Source: an uncultured bacterium
Lineage (GTDB): Bacteria > Krumholzibacteriota > Krumholzibacteriia > Krumholzibacteriales > Krumholzibacteriaceae
Length of the DNA stretch: 64,000 bases
Assembly: GCA_963813815.1 (NCBI GenBank)
Contig: CAWFAD010000009.1
Coordinates: 1 to 64,000, forward strand
Reading direction: 5' to 3'
In this document: positions 1 through 10,544 of the stretch, piece by piece
Layout of the letters: every line of letters begins with the position of its first letter
How positions within the stretch are numbered: the first letter of the stretch is position 1
Program-made: the position numbers and the translations under genes
Notes under the pieces: generated by a model
What the model saw: the letters and a program-made list of their open reading frames with translations, nothing else
Told to the model about the DNA's origin: nothing
The model's database searches: none

Positions 1-97
1 CAAAAGAGTTATCGTGGACGGGAAAACGCGAAAGCACCTGCTGCTTGCGGGTGCGGACGTAGCGCCACTGTATCTCGGAAAAACAGACGACCTTCAT
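1..97 (-). CDS. Glycosyltransferase, N-terminal part only (runs off the window edge)
   Basis: Manual translation MKVVCFSEIQWRYVRTRKQQVLSRF...; GGGGAG RBS; lies directly downstream of the aminotransferase on the same strand; resembles the N-terminus of GT-B/TuaH-like proteins. Confidence 0.5.
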   Translation of the reverse strand, partial: MKVVCFSEIQWRYVRTRKQQVLSRFPVHDNSF

Positions 98-108
98 CGA
101 TCTCCCCG

Positions 109-1242
109 CTACCCGCGCCCCTCGGCGAACGAGCGGATACTCTCGGCGACGTGCTCCCGCGCGGCCGGCGGAAGCTCCGGATAGACCGGCAGCGCGAGGC
201 TCTCGCGCGCCGCGCGCTCCGACTCGGGACAATCCCCGTCGCGGCCCCCGAGATAGGCGAAACACCGCTGGAGATGGAGCGGAACGGGATAGTAGATCTC
301 GCAGCCGACGCCGCGCTTCTCGAGATGCGCCTTGAGCGCGTCGCGCGCGGCCGAGCGGATCACGTACTGGTTGTATATGCTCCTGTTGTGCTCCTCGACG
401 TGCGGCGTCTCGATCCCGGGGAGCCGGTCGAGGCTACGGTCGTACCAGGCGGCGTTCCGCCGGCGCCCCTCGTGCCAGGACTCGAGGTGCCGAAGCTTGA
501 CGAGGAGCACGGCCGCCTGCAGGGCGTCGAGCCTGCTGTTGATCCCGACGACGTCGTGGTAGTAGCGCTCGCGCCCGCCGTGCACGCGGAGCATTCGCAC
601 CTTATCCGCGAGCGCGGCGTCGGAGGTGACGACCATGCCCCCGTCGCCGTAGCCGCCGAGGTTCTTCGACGGGAAGAACGACAGACAGCCGGCAGCCCCG
701 ATCGAGCCCGCCGGGCGGCCCTTGTAGCGGGCGCCGATCGACTGGCAGGCGTCCTCGATCACGGGGATGCCGCGCGCGCCGGCCGCCTCCATGATCGGAT
801 CCATATCCGCCGTCTGGCCGAACAGGTGCACCGCGACGACCGCCTTCGTGCGCGGGCCGATGAGCCCGGCGGCGCTCGCGGGATCGACGTTGTACGTGCG
901 GGGATCGATGTCGGCGAAGCGCGGCGTCGCCCCGAGCCGGGCGATCGAGCTCGCCGTCGAGAAAAACGTGTAGGGAGTCGTCACGACCTCGTCCCCCGCC
1001 CCGACGCCGAGCGCCATGAGAGCGAGCAGGATGGCGTCGGTCCCCGACGCGACGCCGACGGCGTGCGCCGTGCCGCAGTACGAGGCGATCTCCCGCTCGA
1101 GCTCCTCGACCTTCCTCCCGAGGATGAACTGCTGGCTCGAGAGCACTTCGTCGATCGCGGCGCGGATTTCTTCCTCGATGCGTTCGTACTGGGCCGCGAG
1201 ATCGAGCAGCTTCACGGTCATCGGTCCGCCGGCGTTCGTCAT
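109..1242 (-). CDS. DegT/DnrJ/EryC1/StrS family PLP-dependent sugar aminotransferase
   Basis: VASGTDA, VHLFGQ, IEDACQ and SFFPSKNLG (PLP lysine) motifs; ATG at 1242 overlaps the upstream gene's stop (ATGA). Confidence 0.95.
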   Translation of the reverse strand: MTNAGGPMTVKLLDLAAQYERIEEEIRAAIDEVLSSQQFILGRKVEELEREIASYCGTAHAVGVASGTDAILLALMALGVGAGDEVVTTPYTFFSTASSIARLGATPRFADIDPRTYNVDPASAAGLIGPRTKAVVAVHLFGQTADMDPIMEAAGARGIPVIEDACQSIGARYKGRPAGSIGAAGCLSFFPSKNLGGYGDGGMVVTSDAALADKVRMLRVHGGRERYYHDVVGINSRLDALQAAVLLVKLRHLESWHEGRRRNAAWYDRSLDRLPGIETPHVEEHNRSIYNQYVIRSAARDALKAHLEKRGVGCEIYYPVPLHLQRCFAYLGGRDGDCPESERAARESLALPVYPELPPAAREHVAESIRSFAEGRG

Positions 1243-2444
1243 GTCGCCTTCCTGTTCGAGAGTGTCCGGTACAGATCGACGAGCGGCGCGGAGGTCCGCT
1301 CCCACGTGTAGCGATCGAGAACCGCCCGGCGGCCCGCCGCCCCCATCGCGCGGCGCCGCGCCGGGTCGCGGTACAGCTCCACGACGCGCTCGGCGAGCTC
1401 CGCGGGGCTGTCCCACCTGAAGACGAGTCCGCCCCCCGTGTCCTCCGCGATGCGCCGCAGCGGCGGGCAATCGCTCACGATCACCGCCCGTCCCCGCATG
1501 AGATACTGGAAAATCTTGTTCGGTATCGTCGTGTCGGTGTGGGGATTGCGCGCGTGCGGGACGAGGCAGACGTCGCTCGCCTCGATGTAGCTCCAGATCT
1601 CCTCCTGCCTCTTCCACCCCGTCCACTCGACGACGCCGGCGCAGCCGAGTCCGCGGGCGAGATCGTCGAGACGGCGCCGGTACGCCTCGTCGCCGCCGCC
1701 GACGAGAACGAGGACGAGCCCGGGCACGGCCTCCCGCAGGAGCGGGAGCGAGCGGATCACCGTGTCGAGCCCGCGATGCGGCGCGAAGCCGCCGACGTAC
1801 GACACGACGAAACGCCCGCGGTATCGATCCGCGACCGACGGATCGATCGCGACGCGGCCCGTCGAGGCGGGCACGGTGTTCGGCACGACGAGAATCCTCT
1901 CGCGGGGCACCCCGAGCGCCGCGATCCGCTCGCGGGCTTCCTCGATGACGACGATCACGGCGTCGACCTCGCGGAGGATCTCCCGCTCGTATCGCGCCCA
2001 CCGTTCGAAAGAATAGATCGTCCGGCGCTTGAGGGCGTTGCGGTACCAGACCTGAAGGCCCGCCGGATAGTTTTCGTGGAGATCCGCCACGACGGGAAGC
2101 CCGAGCCGCCTCCCCGCGCGGACCGCCTCCCGCGCGAGGGGAAGATCGTTCACGTGGAGCGCCTCGATCGCGCGCTCGCGCGCGAAGCGGTCGATGGCCC
2201 GCTCCCACATCGGATCGCGGTAGGTGAAGTTGAACGTGTACCGGTGCCACACCTCCCGGAGCGGCCCCATCCTCACGCCGCGCGAGAGGCGCACGGGACC
2301 GGCGGTCTCAGCGGGCTCCTCGCCCCGCCGCCGCTCGACGAGAAAATGAACCTCGTGTCCGTGAGCGGCGAGGGTGAGCGCCTCGTTCGATACGCGGACG
2401 TTCATCGGAGGAACTTTCCATTTCATCATCATGCCGATTCGCAT
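1239..2444 (-). CDS. Glycosyltransferase family 4 (GT-B)
   Basis: YVGGFAPHRGLD, PNKIFQY..G..VIVSD and C-terminal YTWE motifs; start chosen at MRIGMMM. Confidence 0.9.
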   Translation of the reverse strand: MRIGMMMKWKVPPMNVRVSNEALTLAAHGHEVHFLVERRRGEEPAETAGPVRLSRGVRMGPLREVWHRYTFNFTYRDPMWERAIDRFARERAIEALHVNDLPLAREAVRAGRRLGLPVVADLHENYPAGLQVWYRNALKRRTIYSFERWARYEREILREVDAVIVVIEEARERIAALGVPRERILVVPNTVPASTGRVAIDPSVADRYRGRFVVSYVGGFAPHRGLDTVIRSLPLLREAVPGLVLVLVGGGDEAYRRRLDDLARGLGCAGVVEWTGWKRQEEIWSYIEASDVCLVPHARNPHTDTTIPNKIFQYLMRGRAVIVSDCPPLRRIAEDTGGGLVFRWDSPAELAERVVELYRDPARRRAMGAAGRRAVLDRYTWERTSAPLVDLYRTLSNRKAT

Positions 2445-2610
2445 GCGGCGCTCTCCCATGCGGTCCCGCCCCGTTCGTCCGGCGCGGCGGGCCGGTTCGG
2501 GTAAGTATAGACGCCGGAAATCCGCCGGTAAAGGACAACTTCCCCGCGCGACGGAACCGCTCCGAGATTTGTGTTCCACATCGGGCGGCGCGCTGGTATA
2601 ACTGTGGCGC

Positions 2611-3753
2611 ATGCTCATCGAGATAAAAAAGATCGTGCACGGCGGCTACGGACTCGGCTTCTTCGAGGACCGGACCGTCCTCGTCCCGTACGCCGCCCCC
2701 GGCGATACGGTCGAGTGCGTTCCCGTGCGCGAGCGGAAAAAGGTCGTTTTCGCCCGCATCGAGCGGATCGTCTCTCCCGGGCCCTCGCGCCGCGAGAGCG
2801 AATGCCCCGTCTTCGGCGTCTGCGGCGGCTGCCATCTCCAGCATCTCGGCTACGAGGACGAGCTCGCGGCCAAGGGGGGCTCCGTCCTCGAGGATCTTTC
2901 GCGGATCGGGAAAATCGCCGCCGGCTTCGATCGCGTCATCCCGTCGCCGTCGCGATACGGATACCGCAACCACGCCATATTCAAGGTCGACGAGGAGCGC
3001 CGGCCCGGCTTTCTCATGCGCGAGTCGGAATCGCTCGTGCCCTTCCCGCCGGGAGGGTGCCTCCTGCTCCCGGAAGCGATGCGGGAAGCGATCGCGGCCC
3101 TGCCTCCCGGCGCCTTCGAACCGCTCTCGGAGGTCCGCGTCCGCATGGACCGGTTCGGGAACGTCCATTTCTGGGGTCTTCTCGACCGGGTCGGACCGCC
3201 CGAGATCCTCATGGAGGCCGGCTCGCTCCTCTTCCCGGTGAGCCCCGACTCGTTCTTTCAGGTGAATACGCTGCTCGGCCTGGAGCTTCAAGATCTCGTC
3301 CGCTCGCTTCCGCGGACGGTCCGCCGCAAGCTGCTCGACCTCTACTGCGGGGTCGGTTTCTTCACGCTGGCGCTCTCGGGAATGGCCGGCGAGGCCCTCG
3401 GAATCGAGCGCGATCGGGGGGCGGTCCGGAACGCGTCGGCGGCGGCTCGGCTCAACGGCATATCGAACGTGAAATTCCGGCGGGGGAACGCCGCGAGGGA
3501 GATCGCGAGGCTCCGCGATTTCGATCTCGCGCTCATCGATCCGCCGCGCCTCGGCGTGCCGAAGGAGCTCGTCGCGGGGCTCCTGAAGCTGCGCCCCTCG
3601 GAGATCATCTTCGTCTCGTGCGATCCGCCGACCTTCGCGCGCGACGCCGCCGCGCTCGTCGAGGCCGGATACCTTCTCTCGGGACTCAACCTCGTCGATC
3701 TCTTCCCGGCGACCTACCACGCGGAGATCGTTTCGATCTTCCGCCGCGGATAA
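2611..3753 (+). CDS. rlmD: 23S rRNA (uracil-C5)-methyltransferase, RlmD/TrmA family
   Basis: TRAM-like N-terminus, CPVFGVCGGC Fe-S motif, SFFQVN, LDLYCGVG, DPPR, VSCDP. Confidence 0.85.
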   Translation: MLIEIKKIVHGGYGLGFFEDRTVLVPYAAPGDTVECVPVRERKKVVFARIERIVSPGPSRRESECPVFGVCGGCHLQHLGYEDELAAKGGSVLEDLSRIGKIAAGFDRVIPSPSRYGYRNHAIFKVDEERRPGFLMRESESLVPFPPGGCLLLPEAMREAIAALPPGAFEPLSEVRVRMDRFGNVHFWGLLDRVGPPEILMEAGSLLFPVSPDSFFQVNTLLGLELQDLVRSLPRTVRRKLLDLYCGVGFFTLALSGMAGEALGIERDRGAVRNASAAARLNGISNVKFRRGNAAREIARLRDFDLALIDPPRLGVPKELVAGLLKLRPSEIIFVSCDPPTFARDAAALVEAGYLLSGLNLVDLFPATYHAEIVSIFRRG

Positions 3754-3774
3754 TGCTCCCCGCCCCGGCCCGCG

Positions 3775-4857
3775 CTACCCCTCGAGAAGCGGATTCTCGA
3801 TCTTCACGTTGAGCCGCTCCTTGTCGTAGAGCTTGTCGACGTCGACGAGGCGCGGCGATTTCCGCACTTCCTCGAGCGGCACGATCGTGAGCTTCGACCG
3901 CTGCACGCAAACCATGTGCCCGAACTTCCCGTCCTTGATGAGCTCGACGGCGCTGTGGCCGAACCGGCGGCCGATCTGCCGGTCGCGCTGCGTCGGCGGC
4001 GCCCCGCGCTGCAGGTAGGCGAGCGCCGTGTAGCGCGTGTGCTTGAACTCGTGCTCGAGGTATCCCTTGAGGGCGTCCCCGACGCCGCCGAGGCTGTAGT
4101 GCCCGAACTCGTCGAGCTTGCTGTCGCGCCGGATCGCGTCCTTTCCCTCGATGTGGGCCCCCTCCGCGACGACGATGATCTTGTAGCGGTGCTCGAAGCC
4201 GAGATGCTCGTTCTCCTTCTGCCGCTGCTTCAGGACGGAAACGAGCTTTTCGATCGAGAAGGGGTATTCGGGGATCAGGATGACGTCCGCGAACGCCGAC
4301 TCTCCGCCCCGGAGCGCGAGCCATCCGGCGTGCCGCCCCATCACCTCGAGAAAAAAGATCGTCTCGTGCGACTCGGCCGTATGGGCCACCCGCTCCGCGC
4401 TCTCGCAAATCACGTTGAGCGCCGTGTCGTAGCCGAGCGTGTATTCGGTGCCCGCGAGATCGCGGTCGATCGTCTTCGGAATGCCGACGACCGGAATCCC
4501 GCGCGTGTGGAGAACGTCGGCGGCGCCGAGCGTGTCCTCGCCGCCGATCGCGATGATCGCGTCGAGATTCCACTTCTTCATGTTTTCCCTGACGAGCTCG
4601 GTCCGGTCGTTGTCCCCCTTGACGGGGTTCGTCCGGCTGCACTGGAGCTTGCTCCCGCCGAGGCGGCTCCATTCCCGCACGATCTCGGGGCCGAGCTTTA
4701 TGATGTGGCCGTCGTTCTCCCGTATGGAGAGCGCCTGCCAGCCCCGTTTGAGTCCGACGACCTCGATGCCGTCCATGGAGGCCCGCTCCACCACGCCCGC
4801 GATCGCCGGATTGAGTCCCGGCGCGTCGCCTCCGCCCGTCAACACTCCGATTCTCAT
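3775..4857 (-). CDS. pfkA: 6-phosphofructokinase
   Basis: IGVLTGGGDAPGLN, GGEDT, PKTID, EVMGRHAGW, ILIPE motifs. Confidence 0.93.
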   Translation of the reverse strand: MRIGVLTGGGDAPGLNPAIAGVVERASMDGIEVVGLKRGWQALSIRENDGHIIKLGPEIVREWSRLGGSKLQCSRTNPVKGDNDRTELVRENMKKWNLDAIIAIGGEDTLGAADVLHTRGIPVVGIPKTIDRDLAGTEYTLGYDTALNVICESAERVAHTAESHETIFFLEVMGRHAGWLALRGGESAFADVILIPEYPFSIEKLVSVLKQRQKENEHLGFEHRYKIIVVAEGAHIEGKDAIRRDSKLDEFGHYSLGGVGDALKGYLEHEFKHTRYTALAYLQRGAPPTQRDRQIGRRFGHSAVELIKDGKFGHMVCVQRSKLTIVPLEEVRKSPRLVDVDKLYDKERLNVKIENPLLEG

Positions 4858-4887
4858 CTCACGCGCTCCTTCCCGTTCCGCGAGGGG

Positions 4888-5457
4888 CTATGCCCCCGAT
4901 TTCGCCGGATCGCAATCGCCGCTGCGCTTCAGGTATTCCTCGAACGTCATGCTCTGTTTGTAGCATTCCTTTTTCATGTACTGGAGAATGGGAAGAAAGG
5001 TCTCCGCCGGCACGAATCCGGGAATGACCGTCACGAGCTCCTGCCCGGCGTCGAGATAGGCGAGCGAGGGAAATCCCCGCACGCCGAACTTTCTACCGAG
5101 GTTCATGGGGCTGTAGTTCTCCCCCTGATAAAAGAGCGAATCGCTCCTGTTCTCGGCGTCGACGCGGATCGCCACGAAATTTTCTGCGAGATACCGCTTC
5201 ACGCCGGGATCGGAAAATGTCTCCCGATCCATCACCTTGCACCAGTGGCACCACGAAGTGTAGAAATCTATGACCACGGGTTTGCGTTCCTTCTCCGCGA
5301 GCGCCATTCCCTCGTTGAACGAAAGCCACGCCTTCGCGGCGGCCGCGCCCGCGGGCGGAGCGCTTCCCGCGCCGCGATCGTTCGAAGCTCCCTTATCTCC
5401 GCACGCGGCGAGCAGCGCCGGCAGCAGGAGGATTGCCACGGCATGGCGTATCTTCAT
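4888..5457 (-). CDS. Thioredoxin-family lipoprotein (SoxW/DsbD-gamma-like)
   Basis: Lipobox LAAC, WCHWC active site, cis-Pro motif GFP. Confidence 0.85.
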   Translation of the reverse strand: MKIRHAVAILLLPALLAACGDKGASNDRGAGSAPPAGAAAAKAWLSFNEGMALAEKERKPVVIDFYTSWCHWCKVMDRETFSDPGVKRYLAENFVAIRVDAENRSDSLFYQGENYSPMNLGRKFGVRGFPSLAYLDAGQELVTVIPGFVPAETFLPILQYMKKECYKQSMTFEEYLKRSGDCDPAKSGA

Positions 5458-5570
5458 CGCGCAACTCCTTTCAATGTCCGCGCACCGATTCCATTCCCGT
5501 ATGATATGAAAGAGAATGTCTTCGCGCAACTTCCTTTACGGCAAACCGTTCGGACGCCGCGTCGCCCCCC

Positions 5571-5599
5571 TTGAAATACCCCGCTCGACCCGCTATCAT
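5571..5599 (+). promoter_or_regulatory. Putative sigma70 promoter of the S9 peptidase gene
   Basis: TTGAAA-17 nt-TATCAT about 75 nt upstream of ATG 5673. Confidence 0.55.
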
Positions 5600-5672
5600 G
5601 GCGTCTGCGTAGGCCGTCATGAACCGTGGTCGACTTCGCGCGGCCGAGCGCGCCGCGCAAGAGAGGATTTCC

Positions 5673-8600
5673 ATGAAACGCACCCTCGCGCCGCTCGCGA
5701 TCAGCTTCTGCGTCATCCTCGCCCTCCTCTTCCCGGCGCCCGACTCTTCCGGCGCCCGGGAAGCGCCGGCCGGGACCGCCGATTCGGCGTCGATCCGCGT
5801 CGAGCGCTGGCTCGTCCTCGGACCGATCCCGTTCGTTCCGCCCGTCTTCGGCGCGGAGGGCGGAGCCAAGCCGGACGCGGCGGCGCTTCTCGCCGGAGAG
5901 GATATACCGCTCGCCTCGCTCGAGCCGGCCGCCGGCGGATCGCACGCGCTCCTCTTCGGAAAGACGGCCGCATGGCGGGCGGTCGACTGCGACACGAACG
6001 GGGCGGAAGCGGGCCCCGCGGGCGCGGCCCCGGCCGTCGCCTACCTCGCCGCCTACGTCGAGGCGCCCCGCTGGATGAAGGTGAAGGTGAGCGCGCGCGG
6101 CACGGGCGCGCTGCGGCTCTCGATCGACGGCGCCGAGATTCTGAAATGCGACCCCGGCGTCTCGGGCGGCGCGGGATCCGGAGAAACGGCGCTCGAGCGC
6201 GGCAAGCATCTCCTCGTCGTCAAGACGGTCCGGGCGGGCTCGGACACGGCCGCCTCATGGCGCGTCGAGGCGAGCGTGGCCCCGTCGAAGAAGGGAGATC
6301 CGGCGCCCGTCGTCTCCCTCTCCCCGGAGCGAGCGCTCTCGCTCGGCGACATCCTCGACATCGCATCGATCGCAAACGTCGCCATCTCCCCCGACGGCGC
6401 GCTCGTCGCCCTCACGGTGAGCTCGCGGCTTCCGGGAAAGGAATCGCCCGAGCAGAGAATCGAGATCCGCCGCGCGAAGGACGGGGCGCTCGTCCGCACG
6501 ATGTCGGACCTCAAAGGCGTCGGCGGCGTCCAATGGGCGCCGCGCGGCAACCGTCTCTCGTACATCGCCCGCGGCGAGGAATCGCTCGGCTCGATACGGG
6601 TCATGGACCTCGACACCGGCGAACTCTCGACGCCGGTCGAGCGCGTGAAGGAGCTCGAGGCGTACCGGTGGGCGCCGGACGGCTCGTTCCTCCTCTACTC
6701 GGCCACCGAGAAGCGCGAGCCCGACAAGAGGGGGATCAAGCACCTCACGAAGATCGAGGATCGTTGGGACGACGGCGGCGACCGCTCCTACCTTTACCTT
6801 TCGACGGTGCCGGGAGGCTACACGAGGCGTCTCACCGCCGGGCCCTTCGGCACGAGCATCGTCGACATTCACCCGGACGGCGCGCGAGCGCTCGTCATGA
6901 AGCACTACGAGGATCTATCGCAGCGCCCGTACGGCGAGAGCGAGGTGCACGTCGTCGACCTCGAGGACGGGAGCTCGGAGCTCATCTGGAAAGGCGGCTG
7001 GATCGACGACGTCTCGTATTCCCCGACGGGGGAACGATCCTGTTCACGGCGGGCCCATCGGCCTTCGGAGAGGCCGGCGTCAAGGTCCCCGAGGGAATGA
7101 CGCCGAACGAGTACGACGGGCAGCTCTACCTCTTCGACCCCGCGACGAAGCGCTCGGAGCCCCTGACGAGGGATTTCGATCCCGCGGTCCGGCACGCGCA
7201 CTGGTCGAAGGCGGACGGTAACATCTATATCGTCGCCGAGGACCGCTCGCGCACCGGGCTCTACCGCTGCGACCCGAAAACGAAGGCCATCCGGAGCATC
7301 CGGACGCCCTTCGAGGTCTCGCCGGAGTTCGATTTCGCCCTCGATCGCCCCGCGGCCGTTTTCGTCGGAAGCGGCGCCGTCGATCCTCCCCGTCTCTACG
7401 CGACCGACCTCCGGAAGGGCATCTCCCGAATGATATTCGATCCGAACGCCGAGAGGTTCGCGAACGTGATCCAGGGAGACGTCGTGCCGTGGACCTTCAC
7501 CGCCTCCTCCGGGAAAACGATCGACGGTCACTACTACCTGCCGCCCGGCTTCGATCCCGCCGGGAAGTACCCCTGCATCGTTTACTACTACGGCGGCACC
7601 TCGCCCGTCGACCGCAGCTACGGCGGCCGCTATCCGAAAAATCTCTGGGCGGCGCACGGCTACGTGGTCTACGTGCTGCAGCCGAGCGGAGCGACGGGCT
7701 ACGGACAGGAGTTTTCCGCGTACCACGTGAACGACTGGGGCGCCGTCGCCGCCGGCGAGGTCATCGAGGGCGCGAAGAAGTTCGTCGAAGCGCATCCGTG
7801 GGTCGACGGGACGCGGCTCGGCTGCATCGGCGCTTCCTTCGGGGGATTCATGACCCAGCTCGTCATCACCCGGACGGACCTCTTCGCCGCCGCGGTCTCG
7901 CACGCGGGAATCAGCTTCATCGGAAGCTACTGGGGCGAGGGGTACTGGGGCTACTCGTACAACGCCGTCGCAGCCGCGGGCAGCTTCCCCTGGAACCGGC
8001 GTGACATCTACGTCGACCGAAGCCCCCTCTTCAACGCCGACAAGGTCACGACCCCGCTCCTCCTCACCCACGGCACCGCGGACACGAACGTCCCGCCGGG
8101 GGAGAGCGAGCAGATGTTCACGGCCCTCAAGCTCCTCGGGAAGACGGTCGAGTACCTGCGGGTGGAGGGGCAGAATCACTTCGTGCTGGAGCGCCCCAAG
8201 CGCGAGCTCTGGTCGAAATCGATCATCGCGTGGTTCGACCGGTTCCTCAAGAACGAGCCGGAGTGGTGGCACGAGCTCTACCCGTCCGGCAAGGCCGAGG
8301 GCTCGCCCGGCGGCGAGGCCCCCGGCGCGGCCAAGAGGGAGCCCGCGGCGCCCCCGGCCCCCCTCGGCCCCACGGTCATCGAAAAGACGGACGGCTCGAA
8401 GGTCGTCCTCGGCGAGGTCGCGCGCCGGGATATCGCCGACAACCTCGCCGGCTGGGATGCGGAGTACTTCGACTACCGCCCGGACGAATCGCTCCTCGGC
8501 GAGATCGCCGGCCGGCTCGGCGGAATCGAGATAACCGTCGTTCTCGGCACCTGGTGCGGCGACTCGCGCCGGGAGGTGCCCCGATTCTGGAAGATCGCGG

Positions 8601-8839
8601 ACGCCGTCGGGCTGGATCCCTCGGCGCTCCGGATGTTCGCCGTCGAAAGCTCGCGCGCCAAACCCGACTCCATCCTCACGCAACCCCTCCTCGACTGGTC
8701 CCAGAGCGTTCGGGCATGGTACGGCGTCAAGGCGGTGGAGAGCATCATCGTGTTTCGGGGCGGCCGGGAGATCGGCCGGATAGTCGAGGCTCCGGCGGTG
8801 TCGATCGAGGCGGATTTGCTCGAAATATTGAAAAAATAG
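5673..8839 (+). CDS. Secreted S9 family (prolyl oligopeptidase-like) peptidase with beta-propeller and C-terminal thioredoxin-like domain; frameshift near 7021
   Basis: Signal peptide, SPDG propeller repeats, GASFGG nucleophile, HG.AD..V and GQNH triad motifs; adding one C to the CCCC run at 7021-7024 joins the two ORFs (YSPDGGTILF). Confidence 0.88.
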
Positions 8840-9197
8840 CCCCCCCGGGAGGGGTGGGCCGGACCCCAAAAATATTGCTGGCATAAAAAAGGGTTTGCAC
8901 GTATACTCATAACATACCGTTCTTGTCTGTGGAGGGCTTGCAAGAAAGAAAGTTACGGTTTCCAAGATCGCGTGATGCACAAGACCTATCGAGACGCTTC
9001 GCTCCTGCCTATCTAACTCACCGGGACATGCTTCTTCGATACTTCTCTTGTGATATCCATGCATCCCGCGCCGAATCCACAGCGCGGACGGCGACGGAGG
9101 AAACCGAACGAAGGGAGTGATGATCGTATTCGGCCTTAAGACTCGCAGTTTATCGTAGTTCGTTTGGTACCTATGTTCGCGAAAGGACTCTCTTCGT

Positions 9198-9548
9198 ATG
9201 GCTAAGAAGATTTACGTCGGCAACTTGTCATTCAATACGACGGACGATGACCTCTCCAAGCTTTTCCAGCCGTTCGGCCAGGTAAGCTCGGCCCGCGTCA
9301 TCACCGACAAGTTCACGAACCGCTCCCGCGGCTTCGGCTTCGTCGAGATGGATAACAGCGAGGAGGCCGACAAGGCCATCGCCGAGCTCAACGGCAAGAG
9401 CGTCGACGGACGCGCCCTCAAGGTCAACGAGGCGCAGCCGCGCGAGGACAAGCCGAGAGGCGGCGGCGGCGGCGGCTTCGGTGGCGGTGGAGGCTTCGGC
9501 GGCGGCGGCGGCGGCGGACGGAGAGGCGGCGGACGCGACCGCTTCTAA
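9198..9548 (+). CDS. RRM (RNP-1) RNA-binding protein with glycine-rich tail, copy 1
   Basis: RNP2 IYVGNL and RNP1 RGFGFVEM; GGF/RGG tail. Confidence 0.95.
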   Translation: MAKKIYVGNLSFNTTDDDLSKLFQPFGQVSSARVITDKFTNRSRGFGFVEMDNSEEADKAIAELNGKSVDGRALKVNEAQPREDKPRGGGGGGFGGGGGFGGGGGGGRRGGGRDRF

Positions 9549-9647
9549 TCCGGTTCGGCGTTGCAAATAGATTTGGACTGAAAGGGCCCGGGAGCCTTAT
9601 CCGGGCGCCGGGCCTAGTATTGCAGGAAGCGAAAGGATTCCGTGACC

Positions 9648-10015
9648 ATGGCCAAGAAGATCTATGTTGGCAACCTGTCGTTCAATACGACGGACGATGA
9701 CCTCTCCAAGCTTTTCCAGCCGTTCGGCCAGGTGAGCTCGGCCCGCGTCATCACCGACAAGTTCACGAACCGCTCCCGCGGTTTCGGATTCGTCGAAATG
9801 GATAAAAATGAAGAGGCCGACAAGGCCATCGCCGAGCTCAACGGCAAGAGCTCCGACGGACGGGCTCTCAAGGTGAGCGAAGCGCAGCCGCGCGAGGACA
9901 AGCCGAGAGGCGGCGGCGGCTTCGGTGGCGGTGGAGGTGGAGGCTTCGGTGGCGGTGGAGGATTCGGGGCGGCGGCGGCGGCGGACGGAGAGGCGGCGGA
10001 CGCGACCGCTTCTAG
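9648..10015 (+). CDS. RRM RNA-binding protein, copy 2 (1-bp deletion near 9966 in the Gly-rich tail)
   Basis: Nearly identical to copy 1; the shared ending GGACGCGACCGCTTC+stop is at 10013-10015 but out of frame by one base. Confidence 0.9.
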
Positions 10016-10081
10016 GGCGCGCAACGGCGTCCTTTTTGAAATAGAAACGTTTTCAGCAGTCAGCGAAAGGACTCGATAGTA

Positions 10082-10465
10082 ATGGCAAAGAAGATTTACG
10101 TGGGCAACCTCTCGTTCAACACGACCGACGATCAGCTGAACCAGCTGTTTGCTCCGTACGGTCAGATCACCTCCGCCCGGGTCGTGATGGACAACTTCAC
10201 GAGCCGCTCGAAGGGCTTCGGCTTCGTCGAGATGGAAAAGCCGGAAGAGGCCGACAAGGCCATCGCCGAGCTCAACGGCAAAGAGGTCGAGGGCCGGGCC
10301 CTCAAGGTGAGCGAAGCTCGTCCCCGCGAGGATAGGCCGAGAAGCGGCGGCAACCGCTTCGGCGGCAGCGGCGGTAGCGGCGGCGGCGGCGGCTTCGGTG
10401 GCGGTGGAGGCTTCGGCGGCGGCGGCGGCGGCGGACGGAGAGGCGGCGGACGCGACCGCTTCTAG
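10082..10465 (+). CDS. RRM RNA-binding protein, copy 3
   Basis: IYVGNL and KGFGFVEM motifs; same GGRRGGGRDRF end. Confidence 0.95.
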   Translation: MAKKIYVGNLSFNTTDDQLNQLFAPYGQITSARVVMDNFTSRSKGFGFVEMEKPEEADKAIAELNGKEVEGRALKVSEARPREDRPRSGGNRFGGSGGSGGGGGFGGGGGFGGGGGGGRRGGGRDRF

Positions 10466-10493
10466 CACGACGCCTGTCGACGGTTGAATACCG

Positions 10494-10530
10494 AGGGCGC
10501 GGGGATTTCGTTCCCCGCGCCCTTTCTTTT
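10494..10530 (+). terminator. Intrinsic terminator after the RRM cluster
   Basis: AGGGCGCGGGGA-loop-TCCCCGCGCCCT followed by TTCTTTT. Confidence 0.85.
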
Positions 10531-10544
10531 CGCCTTCGCCGCGC

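Noticed and set aside
5535..5570. GGCAAACC...GGACGC resembling a c-di-GMP-I riboswitch
   Set aside because: Lacks the GNRA-capped stem and second hairpin, and lies upstream of the predicted promoter
9458..10450. GGC-rich repeats as a possible CRISPR or satellite array
   Set aside because: They encode the glycine-rich RRM tails; there is no repeat-spacer periodicity and no cas genes
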